A DNA stretch of 64,000 nt from Candidatus Iainarchaeum sp. (GCA_026414365.1 JAOAJD010000001.1:167687-231686), one strand, 5' to 3'; shown: positions 1-9,705, counted from the stretch's first letter. Numbers and translations are program-made. Notes: generated from the letters alone by a model not told the origin.

Positions 1-284
1 CCAAAGAATTTTTCCAAAGAGATTTGAACAACATAGTAAAATTTTTTTCTAAATTGGGGGTAAACAAAAGCTATGAAGAAGCACTTCAAGAAATAAAAGA
101 AGAAATAAGTTTTTAAAAGAATAAAAGCAAAAGATTGCAAAAAAGTTCAATTTTATAAAAAATATAAATACATTAAAATTTTTGATATTCGATTTTTAAA
201 GTTAAGTTACATAAAAATACCAGTCATTATATAAGTTCATTATATATTTTCATTATATTTTTATTTATTATATATTATTATATA

Positions 285-812
285 TTGATGCACATAGAGT
301 CTTTTAGGATCCCAAAAGACAGAGTAGCTGTGCTTATAGGGCATAATGGAGAAACCAAAAGAAAAATAGAAGAATTAACAGGTATAAAATTAAACATAGA
401 TAGCGAGACAGGGGAAGTAGAAATAACATCAAACAAAGATGCATTGTTGTTTTGGAAATCTGCTGAAGTAGTAAAAGCAATTTCAAGAGGATTTAACCCT
501 GAGAAAGCCTTAACATTGCTTGATGAAGATTATGTTTTAGAAATTATTGAATTAGAAGAGATTATCGGTAAATCAAAAAATGCAATAAATGCAAAAAAAG
601 GGAGGATAATAGGAGAAAAGGGCAAAGTTAGAGAAAGGATAGAACAAGAAACAAATACATTTATATCTGTATATGGAAAAACAGTTGGGATAATTGGAAG
701 ATATGAGGATGTACAAAAAGCAAAAAAAGCAATAGAGATGTTGTTAGAAGGGGCGATGCACAAAACAGTTTTTAGATATTTAGAACATTGTAAAAATGAT
801 TTTGAGATTTAA
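285..812 (+). CDS. KH-domain RNA-binding protein (archaeal Dim2/Pno1-like, two KH modules)
   Basis: Two I-G-x-x-G-x-x-(K/R) KH-type motifs (LIGHNGETKRKIEELTG; RIIGEKGKVRERIEQET), ~175 aa, typical of archaeal KH proteins. Confidence 0.55.
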   Translation: MMHIESFRIPKDRVAVLIGHNGETKRKIEELTGIKLNIDSETGEVEITSNKDALLFWKSAEVVKAISRGFNPEKALTLLDEDYVLEIIELEEIIGKSKNAINAKKGRIIGEKGKVRERIEQETNTFISVYGKTVGIIGRYEDVQKAKKAIEMLLEGAMHKTVFRYLEHCKNDFEI

Positions 813-823
813 AAGGTGATCTA

Positions 824-2551
824 ATGAGTGAAGTTAAAGAAATGATTTCTGCAGAAGAACTTGCTAAAGAATTTAAAGAGCACTCAGTAGCTGAATTTTT
901 CAAAAAGAATAGACAAATGTTAGGTTTAACAGGAAAAATAAAAACCTTGACTGTAATAATTCACGAATATGTTTCTAATAGCTTAGATGCATGTGAAGAA
1001 GCGAAAATATTGCCAGACATCGAGGTGCAAGTTAAAGAGCTTGGTGAAGAACATTATGAAGTAATGGTAAAAGATAACGGACCAGGTTTGACAAAAGAAA
1101 CTGTGGGAAAAGCATTAGGACAGTTATTAGCAGGAACAAAATTTCATAGATTAATACAACAGAGAGGTCAACAAGGAATTGGAGCTTCAGGTTGTACTTT
1201 ACTTTCATTAATAACTACAGGTAAGCCTATACAAGTAATAAGTGGAACATCTAAAGATGTTTTTAAGTGCGAATTAACTATTGATCCTAAAAAGAATGAG
1301 CCAAAAATAATAAGTATTGAGGACTTAGACAAAAAATATAGAGGTTTGGCGATAAAAGCCCAATTTAAAGAAATAAAATACCAGAGATCTGATCAAGGGC
1401 CTTTAGAATATTTGAGAAGAACGGCAATAGCAAACCCTCACGCAAAAATAACTTTTACAGAACCTGATGGAACAGTGACTGTATTCGAAAGAAGTAGCCA
1501 TGAAATTCCGAAGAGACCACAACCAATAAAGCCTCATCCAAAAGGAGCTACAGTCGACGAACTTTTAACTTTAGCAAAACACACTAAAGCAAGAAAAATA
1601 AGTAGTTTTCTTAAAGAAGAATTTGACAGAATTGGAGATAAAGCTATTGAGGATATATCTAAATTAGTTCACTTTGATCTTAACTGCGATCCTAAAAGTT
1701 TAACATGGGAACAAGCTGAAGAGATAATAAAAGCATTTAGAAAAATAGATTTTATCGCGCCTCGGTTGGATGCATTGATTCCTATCGGAGAAGAGAGAAT
1801 TAAAAAGAGTATAAAAGCAATTGTAGAACCTGAATTTATAGAAGTTGTTGAGAGAAAACCTGCAGTATATCGAGGAGGTTTTCCTTTTTGCGTAGAAGTT
1901 GGTGTTGCATTCGGTGGAAATGCTGGCAGATTGGCAGGGAAAGATGAAGAGGGTAAACCAATTTGGAAAGCAGAAATAATGAGATTCGCAAATAGAACTC
2001 CTTTGTTATTTGATAGTGGAGGATGTGCCTTAACGCAAGCAGTACAAAGTATTGACTGGAAAAGATATGGGATAAAAGATTTTGACAATTCCCCAATAAC
2101 TATCTTTATACATTTGTTATCAGTACATATTCCATATACGGGTGCAGGAAAACAGGCAGTTAGTCCAGAAGAAGAAATAATGGAAGAAATTAGATTAGCT
2201 CTAATGGAAGCTGGAAGAAAAATATATAGATTTATAGGTTATCAAAGAAGAATGGCTGAAAGAGAAGCAAAAAGAAAGATGTATTATAAATATGCTACAG
2301 AGGTTGCAAGTGCTTTGTCAGTACTTACTAATAAAGATAAAAAAGAAATCGAAGAAAAATTACATGCGCTAGTATTAAAACATCTAAAGATAGAAGAAAA
2401 GAAAGAAGCAGAAGAAGCGAAGAAAATGGAGAATATAACTGAAGAAGAAATTGAGAAAGCTTATCAAAAACTTAAAGAAAAAGAAAAGAAAAAAGAAGTA
2501 AAAAAATCCAAAAAAGCTTCGATAGAAGCAGAAGAAGGTGGTGAAGAATGA
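824..2551 (+). CDS. top6B: DNA topoisomerase VI subunit B
   Basis: GHKL ATPase N-domain motifs (YVSNSLDA, DNGPGL, GQQGIGAS), transducer region, ~575 aa, stop overlaps start of top6A (ATGA); K/E-rich C-tail. Confidence 0.85.
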   Translation: MSEVKEMISAEELAKEFKEHSVAEFFKKNRQMLGLTGKIKTLTVIIHEYVSNSLDACEEAKILPDIEVQVKELGEEHYEVMVKDNGPGLTKETVGKALGQLLAGTKFHRLIQQRGQQGIGASGCTLLSLITTGKPIQVISGTSKDVFKCELTIDPKKNEPKIISIEDLDKKYRGLAIKAQFKEIKYQRSDQGPLEYLRRTAIANPHAKITFTEPDGTVTVFERSSHEIPKRPQPIKPHPKGATVDELLTLAKHTKARKISSFLKEEFDRIGDKAIEDISKLVHFDLNCDPKSLTWEQAEEIIKAFRKIDFIAPRLDALIPIGEERIKKSIKAIVEPEFIEVVERKPAVYRGGFPFCVEVGVAFGGNAGRLAGKDEEGKPIWKAEIMRFANRTPLLFDSGGCALTQAVQSIDWKRYGIKDFDNSPITIFIHLLSVHIPYTGAGKQAVSPEEEIMEEIRLALMEAGRKIYRFIGYQRRMAEREAKRKMYYKYATEVASALSVLTNKDKKEIEEKLHALVLKHLKIEEKKEAEEAKKMENITEEEIEKAYQKLKEKEKKKEVKKSKKASIEAEEGGEE

Positions 2552-3645
2552 AAACAGCAAAAGATAAGGAAGTTACAGAAAAATTAGAAAATGTTGGAAA
2601 AACAATATTATCACAAATAGAGAAGGGTCAAAACCCAACTTTTAGACTACCATTAAGAACTTTAAGCAATGTATACTTTGATGAAAAAACAGGTACAATA
2701 AAACTTGGAGACAAGATGGCAGATAGACAATTCCTCAATATAGCTCATAGTAGGAAATTCATGCAAACGATGCTTGTTGCTGCAGAGATAAAAAAAGTAA
2801 TACAAGAAGAAGCTACGATAAGTATCAGAGATTTATATTATGCATTAAAACACACTATAGAAGGAACTCAAGAAAATACTTTTGAAGAACAATCAGAAAG
2901 TGATCCTTGTATTGAAGATATTGAATGCTCTTTAGACCTATTAAGAGAAGAACTTCATTTAGCCGCTTCTGCAAAAGGAATTATAGCAGGAGATGTTTTA
3001 ATAAAGGATGGAAAGGATACAATAGATCTAACCAAAATGGGTTCTGGAGGTTGGAGTGTTCCATCTAACGTTGAACCTGATAGAATAGAGTTTAAAAAAG
3101 TAAATGCAGAATATGTACTGTTCATAGAGAAAGATGCTGTTTGGAGAAGATTCAACGAAGATCAGTTCTGGAAAAAACAAAATTGTATAATTATGACAGG
3201 TAGAGGCCAACCTGGTAGAGGTGAAAGAAGATTAGCTCAAAGACTGAACAAAGAATTTGGCTTACCAATATATGTTCTAACAGATGCTGATCCATGGGGT
3301 ATGTATATCTACAGTGTAATAAAACAAGGTTCTATTGCATTGTCATATTCTGAAGAAAAGTTAGCTACACCACAAGCAAAATTTTTAGGCTTATTGACAC
3401 AAGACGTAGAAAAATATAATATTCCTAAGGAAGTAACTATAAAACTAAACAACTTGGATGTAAAAAGATTAAAAGAAATGGAAAATTACAAATGGTTCCA
3501 AAAGAAAGAGTGGAAAGAAGAATTTAAGAATATGAAAGAAAAAGGATACAAACTAGAGCTAGAAGCACTAAGCAAAAAAGGGATAAGATTCATAACAGAA
3601 AAATACGTTCCTGAAAAAATAAAAAACAAAGAATTTTTGCCATAG
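2548..3645 (+). CDS. top6A: DNA topoisomerase VI subunit A (Spo11 homolog)
   Basis: Toprim region LTDADPWGMYIY, winged-helix/5Y-CAP region, 365 aa, translationally coupled to top6B. Confidence 0.9.
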   Translation: MKTAKDKEVTEKLENVGKTILSQIEKGQNPTFRLPLRTLSNVYFDEKTGTIKLGDKMADRQFLNIAHSRKFMQTMLVAAEIKKVIQEEATISIRDLYYALKHTIEGTQENTFEEQSESDPCIEDIECSLDLLREELHLAASAKGIIAGDVLIKDGKDTIDLTKMGSGGWSVPSNVEPDRIEFKKVNAEYVLFIEKDAVWRRFNEDQFWKKQNCIIMTGRGQPGRGERRLAQRLNKEFGLPIYVLTDADPWGMYIYSVIKQGSIALSYSEEKLATPQAKFLGLLTQDVEKYNIPKEVTIKLNNLDVKRLKEMENYKWFQKKEWKEEFKNMKEKGYKLELEALSKKGIRFITEKYVPEKIKNKEFLP

Positions 3646-3678
3646 ATACAAAATTAGAGGTTTATTAAAATACATTAT

Positions 3679-4908
3679 TTAAACATCTAGAAGTTCTAAT
3701 GCTTTCTCATTATTGCCTTCTATCAACAAGTCCAATATTTTCATATAGTCGAACGCATCTCCAAAGTCAGATTCTTTTAAATTTTTATCTAAAATGGAAA
3801 CAGCAATATCCTTTATTGATTGCTTCTTTGCATATTCATCTCTTAGATTTTTTATCTTTTCTTTAAAATTAGTAACTTCTAAATCTTTTGATATAGAAAC
3901 TATTGCCACATCTTTGAACTGATCTTCTATTCTTGCTAAGTTTAAATCGGCTAAAGACAAACCTTTTGCCAAACTACCTTTTAAACTTATTTTAACTAAT
4001 GGCTTCAAGCTAAAATTATTTTTCAGCAAATCTGAAATTTCTTTAACTACTATATTTCTTGTTTCTTCGGTGGTTGCATTATTCAAAAAAATTTCTTTAT
4101 AGAAAAAATCTCTCTGATTTCTTATCTCTAAAAACTTTGCATCTTTTGTCTCAGAATCAACTATAAATAGACCTTTTCTTGAGTTGGCTTCTATTTTTTT
4201 CATCTGGGTAGTTATTGTTGAACCAGGCAATAAAAAGAGTGATTTTCCTAAAGTATCTTTTTTATGCCAATGCAAATGCCCATTAACTAAGACATCAAAA
4301 CCTTTTGGTAAGTCTGCCAAAGAAATTGTTGCAATCATATCGTCGCCAAAAGGTAAAAACTCTTTTAATGATTGGTGCATCACAAAAATATTAAAGCAAT
4401 CTTTTATCGGTTCTGGATTTAGATATTTTAAAACCTCCAAAGCCCTCTTTTCTGGTACGCCACCCATACCATAAACAACTACTTTTTCATTATTGCTCTC
4501 AAATAAAACAGATTCTCCATGTATTTTTAACAACAAGCCTGTTTCTTGCATTATGTCTAAAATATTGACTTTATCAGATCCTCTAAATTCGTGAGTACCG
4601 AAAATAGCAACTATGGGAAAATTCTTAAAAAAGAACTCTTGATTGTTTCTCTTACCTGATATAAATTTAGCACTCTTTATTTTGCTATTTTGTTTGTTAA
4701 GAGAAGAAAAAAGTTTTATTGCTTTATAAAAACATTCTTGTGAAGGAACTGCTTCATCGAAAATGTCTCCTCCTAAAACAATCAAGTCAGCACCTTCAGA
4801 AATAGCAATATTAAAAGCCTCTTCTGCGTTTTTATAACTTTCATCTCCTCTTTCCTTTTCGTTAAAACCCAAATGCAAATCTGAAATTATCGCAATCTTC
4901 ATAAACAT
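3679..4908 (-). CDS. mre11: Mre11-like DNA repair metallophosphoesterase
   Basis: Calcineurin-like phosphoesterase motifs in Mre11 order: DLHLG, GGDIFDE, GTHE (motif III, Thr in place of usual Asn), GHLHWH; ~409 aa. Confidence 0.5.
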   Translation of the reverse strand: MFMKIAIISDLHLGFNEKERGDESYKNAEEAFNIAISEGADLIVLGGDIFDEAVPSQECFYKAIKLFSSLNKQNSKIKSAKFISGKRNNQEFFFKNFPIVAIFGTHEFRGSDKVNILDIMQETGLLLKIHGESVLFESNNEKVVVYGMGGVPEKRALEVLKYLNPEPIKDCFNIFVMHQSLKEFLPFGDDMIATISLADLPKGFDVLVNGHLHWHKKDTLGKSLFLLPGSTITTQMKKIEANSRKGLFIVDSETKDAKFLEIRNQRDFFYKEIFLNNATTEETRNIVVKEISDLLKNNFSLKPLVKISLKGSLAKGLSLADLNLARIEDQFKDVAIVSISKDLEVTNFKEKIKNLRDEYAKKQSIKDIAVSILDKNLKESDFGDAFDYMKILDLLIEGNNEKALELLDV

Positions 4909-5081
4909 TACAAAATAAAAAACATTTTATTAAACGTTCTAAATTTTGAGTTCTTTACAATTTTGTTCCCAATCAGTTCCAAATAGTATTTTTTAGGAAT
5001 ATTTAAAAGTTATGCTAAAAAATTTAAAAAATAAATTTAATTAAATAGTATTCCTAAAAATATATTTATATTAAACAATTT

Positions 5082-5152
5082 GCTGGAGTGGCAGAACGGC
5101 CATGCACTCGCCTGCAGAGCGAGCAAAGGGAGTTCGACTCTCTCCTCCAGCT
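5082..5152 (+). tRNA. tRNA-Cys (anticodon GCA)
   Basis: Cloverleaf folds by eye: acceptor GCTGGAG/CTCCAGC, anticodon stem CTCGC/GCGAG with loop CTGCAGA (GCA at 5114-5116), T-arm GGGAG-TTCGACT-CTCTC, 3-bp D-stem; no CCA encoded. Confidence 0.8.
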
Positions 5153-5153
5153 T

Positions 5154-5615
5154 ATGCAAATAAAACAAAAACCTAGGAAACCAGTAGAACAAATAAATAA
5201 AACTTTGGGAAATGTAGTAATAAAAAAAACAGCTTCTAAAGTTGGTGAAGAGTTATATAAAAGTATTAGAAATATAAAAAGTGAAGTAATAAAAGAGAGA
5301 GAATATATCCCTGAAAAAAAGTCATATGAATTATGGAAACATGAAGCGATAGACAGCTTACTTAAATACGAAGATGTATACGCAAAAAGATTGGGACTTA
5401 CACAGGAAGAGATTAGAATTAGGAAACAAATAATAGAGACACTCAGAAAAATAAACAATTGGGACGAATTTTGGAGATTTTTACAAGAGAACGGAATAAA
5501 AAAAGAGATATATGATAAAATTTTTCATTTAGAAGAAAGAAAACAAATATATGCTATATTCCATCCTAATGAAATTGTTGATGCAAAGAGAATGGAACTG
5601 AGGACTCCAAAATGA
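5154..5615 (+). CDS. hypothetical protein (basic, helical)
   Basis: ORF trimmed to first ATG after the tRNA (the 5088 start in the ORF track overlaps the tRNA); no recognisable motifs. Confidence 0.3.
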   Translation: MQIKQKPRKPVEQINKTLGNVVIKKTASKVGEELYKSIRNIKSEVIKEREYIPEKKSYELWKHEAIDSLLKYEDVYAKRLGLTQEEIRIRKQIIETLRKINNWDEFWRFLQENGIKKEIYDKIFHLEERKQIYAIFHPNEIVDAKRMELRTPK

Positions 5616-5708
5616 AACAAAAATTAAAAAAGTTAGGATTTAAAAACTATGCATAGAAAAAATAAATATTGCTGTTTTCTATTATTAACTTTAAAATGGT
5701 GAGCACAA

Positions 5709-6419
5709 TTGGCATTAAGACCAGGAAGATGTTATAGAAGCAAGAAAGATAGACCATATACTAGGTTAGCAGTTACTGTGCATTCTAGAAACTATATTGG
5801 TGCTGCTCCAGGTTTGAAGATAAGACAATTCAATATGGGAAACCCAGTAAAAGATTTTAATAAAATATTAGATCTTGTCGTACAAGAAGATGTTCAGATA
5901 AGGGATAATGCATTAGAAAGTGCAAGGATGTTGATAAATAGATATTTGGTTAGAAAATTAGGTAAAGATGGGTTCTTTGCAAAATTAAGAATATACCCTT
6001 ACCATGTGCTTAGAGAAAATAAACAAGCACAAGGAGCTCATGCTGATAGAATACAAAAAGGTATGAGCCATGCATTTGGAAAAGCAATTGGTAGGGCTGC
6101 AAGAGTAAGACCTGGACAAAAAATAATAAGTATTTTAGTTGATGAACAAAATGTTGAAGTCGCAAAAGAGGCTTTAAGAAGGGCTAAATCAAAATTAAAT
6201 TGCAAAATAAAGATAAGAGTAGGTGATGATGTAAAGTCAATAGGTACAAGACCGAGAAAGACAAAGATAGAGCTCATTGAAAAGAAAGAAGAAGCTGCTA
6301 AAGAAACAAAAGAAACAAAAACAGAAGCTCCACAAGCTGCAAAAGAGGAAGCTAAGAAAGATACTAAAGCGGCCAAAGAAGAAAAGAAAGAAGAGAAAAA
6401 AACAGAGAAAGCAAAGTAA
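5709..6419 (+). CDS. rpl10e: 50S ribosomal protein L10e (uL16) with K/E-rich C-terminal extension
   Basis: N-terminus ALRPGRCYR...YTR, conserved L10e/L16 core; apparent TTG start; ~45 aa low-complexity KE-rich tail. Confidence 0.85.
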   Translation: MALRPGRCYRSKKDRPYTRLAVTVHSRNYIGAAPGLKIRQFNMGNPVKDFNKILDLVVQEDVQIRDNALESARMLINRYLVRKLGKDGFFAKLRIYPYHVLRENKQAQGAHADRIQKGMSHAFGKAIGRAARVRPGQKIISILVDEQNVEVAKEALRRAKSKLNCKIKIRVGDDVKSIGTRPRKTKIELIEKKEEAAKETKETKTEAPQAAKEEAKKDTKAAKEEKKEEKKTEKAK

Positions 6420-6447
6420 CATAAATTTTATTCTAATTTTCTTTTTT

Positions 6448-7449
6448 ATGAAACTAGAAATAAAGATAGAAGAAATATATCCTCAAATAGAAAATCTAAA
6501 GGAAAAAGAATTTATTATACAAATACCTGAAGGTCTAAAAATAAGGACCTTAGATATAATTAACAATTTAAAAAGTAGATTCCCAGATAGAGAGTTTTAT
6601 ATTTTAGTTGATCCTTGCTATGGTGCTTGTGACTTGGCAATAAACAGTGCAGATGCACTTGGGATAAAAACAATTTTACATTTTGGTCATAGAAAGATTT
6701 TAGAAAAAAAGAATGTTCTATATGTACCCGTAGAATATAAAATATCAGAAGATGAATTGGAAAGAGTTGCTAACGATATATATAAAGAAATAAAAAAACA
6801 AAATCTTGAAAAAATTCTCTTAGTTGCATCTTCACCATATATTAGTTATATAGATGAAATTGCAAAAAAAATTAAAGAAAAAGAGATTAATGTAATGATT
6901 CCAGAAGGTAGTGAAAGGGCAAGAGAGAGAGGTTTAATACTAGGCTGTAATTATGAAGTAATAAAAAATATTTCAAATATAGATTCTATCTTATTAATCA
7001 GTGATGCTGAATTTCATGCAATAGGTTTATCTCTATCTACAAATAAAAAAATAATATACTACGATATGATCGAGAACAAAATAATAGATCTAGAAAAAAA
7101 GAGAGAATTATTTCTAAGAAAAAGGTTTGCACAGATTGCACTAGCAAAAGAAGCTAAGATTTTTGGAATATTAATATCAACAAAGATAGGTCAAAAAAGA
7201 AAAGATTTGGCAATTCAGATAAAAAAAGAATTATTTAAAAGAAATAGAGAAACAATAATGTTAGTAGCAGATTATATTTTACCAGAATATCTAGAAGGTA
7301 TAAAAGTAGATTGTTTTATTAACACAGCATGCCCAAGAATAGCATTTGAAAGCGAAAGATGGAAAAAGCCAATAATTAATCCTAATGAATTAGAAATTGT
7401 TTTGGATATAAGAAAATGGGAAGATTACAATATGGAACAAATTTTATAA
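6448..7449 (+). CDS. dph2: 2-(3-amino-3-carboxypropyl)histidine synthase (diphthamide synthesis Dph2)
   Basis: Start moved to ATG 6448 (upstream part of the ORF is the K-rich alternate frame of the L10e tail); motifs IQIPEGL, YGACD, HFGH, LGCNY, RKRFAQIA, ACPR match archaeal Dph2. Confidence 0.8.
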   Translation: MKLEIKIEEIYPQIENLKEKEFIIQIPEGLKIRTLDIINNLKSRFPDREFYILVDPCYGACDLAINSADALGIKTILHFGHRKILEKKNVLYVPVEYKISEDELERVANDIYKEIKKQNLEKILLVASSPYISYIDEIAKKIKEKEINVMIPEGSERARERGLILGCNYEVIKNISNIDSILLISDAEFHAIGLSLSTNKKIIYYDMIENKIIDLEKKRELFLRKRFAQIALAKEAKIFGILISTKIGQKRKDLAIQIKKELFKRNRETIMLVADYILPEYLEGIKVDCFINTACPRIAFESERWKKPIINPNELEIVLDIRKWEDYNMEQIL

Positions 7450-7462
7450 ATTTTATTAAAAT

Positions 7463-8335
7463 TCAATATTCTATCTCATCCAAATCTATTTTATCTTCAT
7501 TAAAACTTTTTGTACCTTTCATATTTGGATAATCTGTGTCTTTATTATCTAAGAAATCTTCATTAGAAGGTTCTATTAAGGTTCCTTCAAATGATTGGCC
7601 TTTTATAAAAGATCTTAGATTATCTATATTTCTTCCATTTAAAACAGCTGCTTTTATTTTACTTCTCCTTAGTATTAGAACACAAGGAATATCTAAAACA
7701 AAGTTTTGTCCTGGCAAGGAATTTGCTTCTCTTAAAATAGATAGTAATTTATTATAACTTATTTTATCATACAACTTAGCATCTTTATTATACCTTGGAT
7801 CGGAACTATAAATTCCATTAACATTTGTCAGATTAACAAAGACTGCATCTAAATATTCTGCCAACAATGCAGCTACAGAATCAGTTGTTAAAGAAGGCAA
7901 AACACCACCATAAATAGGAATCTTTCCTGAAGAGATTATTGCTTTTGAATCACTTATGTGCTTATCAATACAAAGATCGCTGTTTTTGAATAAACCTGCT
8001 AATATTGTTGCATTTGCTTTAGTTGCTAATATTGCTGCTTTATCCTTAACAAAATTATTTACTCCTAAAGTATCAGCTATTCTACAATATTCTCTAGCGG
8101 GCTTTCCTCCACCAACCACTATGCAAAATCTAAATCCTTCTGAAATAAGTTCTTCTATTGTAGAAACAAATCTCACAACTAATTCTTTATCAACATCCTC
8201 TCCAAAAAATATCGAACCGCCTGCAGAAATAACAAAAATTTTATTATTTGGTGCTTGTTGTGTTTGTTCACTAATTATTGAATCCCCAAACATTTCGAAT
8301 ATGTTTGACATTAAACCACCATTATTACAAAACAA
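7463..8335 (-). CDS. pyrH: uridylate (UMP) kinase, amino-acid-kinase family
   Basis: IFVISAGGS ... IVVGGGKPAREY ... ILATKANATILA pattern of archaeal UMP kinase; N- and C-terminal extensions, exact start uncertain. Confidence 0.6.
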   Translation of the reverse strand: MFCNNGGLMSNIFEMFGDSIISEQTQQAPNNKIFVISAGGSIFFGEDVDKELVVRFVSTIEELISEGFRFCIVVGGGKPAREYCRIADTLGVNNFVKDKAAILATKANATILAGLFKNSDLCIDKHISDSKAIISSGKIPIYGGVLPSLTTDSVAALLAEYLDAVFVNLTNVNGIYSSDPRYNKDAKLYDKISYNKLLSILREANSLPGQNFVLDIPCVLILRRSKIKAAVLNGRNIDNLRSFIKGQSFEGTLIEPSNEDFLDNKDTDYPNMKGTKSFNEDKIDLDEIEY

Positions 8336-8427
8336 ATTAAATATTTAATATTAATAAAATAATATTATAATTTAATAATAAATATTGACTTCTTATTTTT
8401 CTAATTATGAAAATAATTAGATAAGAT

Positions 8428-9669
8428 GTGGACTTTATGACAAAATTTGAAGATGTGGATGAAGCAGAGTTTTCATTATTCAAAAAAAAATTAGTGAAGC
8501 TTTCATCATATTCTGGCAAAGGCACTGAACTAATAAGTCTCTATATACCAGAAGATGCAGATAGAGGTAGTGTAATGAGCCAGTTAACAGAAGAAACAAG
8601 TCAAGCATCAAATATAAAAAGTCCACAAACAAGAAAAAATGTTCAAGGAGCGCTAAGAAAGATAATCGGATTTTTAAAAACAATAGATTTTAAAATTCCA
8701 AAAAGAGGATTAGCAATATTTTGCGGCAATATTTCTGAAGTAGAAGGAAAAACAGATATTAGGTTATTTACAGTTCATCCAATAAAACAACTTAGAACAA
8801 AACTTTATTGGTGTGATTCAAAATTCCATTTAGATCCTTTATATGAAATGATACAACCTTCTGATGTTTACGGTGTTGTTGCAATAGACAAGAATGAATC
8901 AACCTTGGCAATAATAAGTGGAAAACATTACGAGATAATTGGAAAATTTACTTCCGGCTACCATGGAAAGTTTAGAGCAGGAGGTTGGTCTGCGAAAAGA
9001 TTTGAACATTTGAGAGAAGAATCAGAGCACGAGTTTTACAAAAGAATCAGCGAAAAAATGAACAGTTATTTTATTCAACTTGGAGATAAGTTGAAAGGTA
9101 TAATAGTAGGTGGCCCAGGGATGACAAAAAATTACTTTTTGAATAAAGAGCTTTTAGATCATAGATTAAAAGCAAAAATAATAGGTTTAATTGATTCTTC
9201 TTATACAGACGAATATGGAATAAGAGAGATAATACAAAAATCAGACAAGTTGTTAAAAGAAACAGATTTGATTAAAGAAAAAGAGATAATAGATAAATTC
9301 ATGGAAGAAATATCTAAAGATGGGTTGGCAATATATGGAGAAAAAGAAATCAACGAGGCATTAGAAATTGGCAAAGTGGACAGATTATTGATATCTGAAG
9401 GTTTGGATTGGAGCGTTCTAAGGTTTAGGTGTAATAATTGCAATCACGAAATTCAAATTGTAGATAAAGAACATAAGATAGAAACCCAAAAATGTGAGAA
9501 ATGTAATTATGAGATGGAATTAATTGAGGAGAAAGATTATATTGATTATATGTTAGAGAAGGCTGCACAAACTGCAGCAGAAGTCAAAGTAATATCTACA
9601 GAAAGTTCTGAAGGACAACAATTCCTAAAAGCATTTGGTGGCTTAGGAGCTCTATTGAGATATAAATGA
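8428..9669 (+). CDS. prf1: peptide chain release factor aRF1 (eRF1 homolog), GGQ motif reads GGW; Zn-ribbon insertion in C-domain
   Basis: NIKS motif (QASNIKSPQTRKNV), GG-x-SAxRF block (FRAGGWSAKRFEHLR), C-terminal CNNC...CEKC insertion, ~413 aa. Confidence 0.8.
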   Translation: MDFMTKFEDVDEAEFSLFKKKLVKLSSYSGKGTELISLYIPEDADRGSVMSQLTEETSQASNIKSPQTRKNVQGALRKIIGFLKTIDFKIPKRGLAIFCGNISEVEGKTDIRLFTVHPIKQLRTKLYWCDSKFHLDPLYEMIQPSDVYGVVAIDKNESTLAIISGKHYEIIGKFTSGYHGKFRAGGWSAKRFEHLREESEHEFYKRISEKMNSYFIQLGDKLKGIIVGGPGMTKNYFLNKELLDHRLKAKIIGLIDSSYTDEYGIREIIQKSDKLLKETDLIKEKEIIDKFMEEISKDGLAIYGEKEINEALEIGKVDRLLISEGLDWSVLRFRCNNCNHEIQIVDKEHKIETQKCEKCNYEMELIEEKDYIDYMLEKAAQTAAEVKVISTESSEGQQFLKAFGGLGALLRYK

Positions 9670-9705
9670 TAAAAGCTGAAATATACATAAAAAAACAAGA
9701 TTAAG

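Noticed and set aside
1669-2096. Minus-strand ORFs inside top6B
   Set aside because: Antisense to a confidently identified gene, with no motifs.
5088-5153. ORF-track start of the 175-aa ORF at 5088
   Set aside because: It overlaps the tRNA-Cys gene, and the first 22 codons are the tRNA sequence translated.
6277-6447. K-rich 57-aa N-terminal extension of the Dph2 ORF (MKRKKKLLKKQKK...)
   Set aside because: It is the alternate reading frame of the L10e KE-rich tail. Dph2 homology begins at the internal Met (6448).
8980-8988. Possibility that the GGW in aRF1 is simply a frame or alignment misreading on my part
   Set aside because: I re-read the codons directly (gca gga ggt tgg tct gcg aaa aga ttt). 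The NIKS motif and surrounding SAxRF block place this at the GGQ position. It is kept as a finding, but a sequencing error cannot be excluded.
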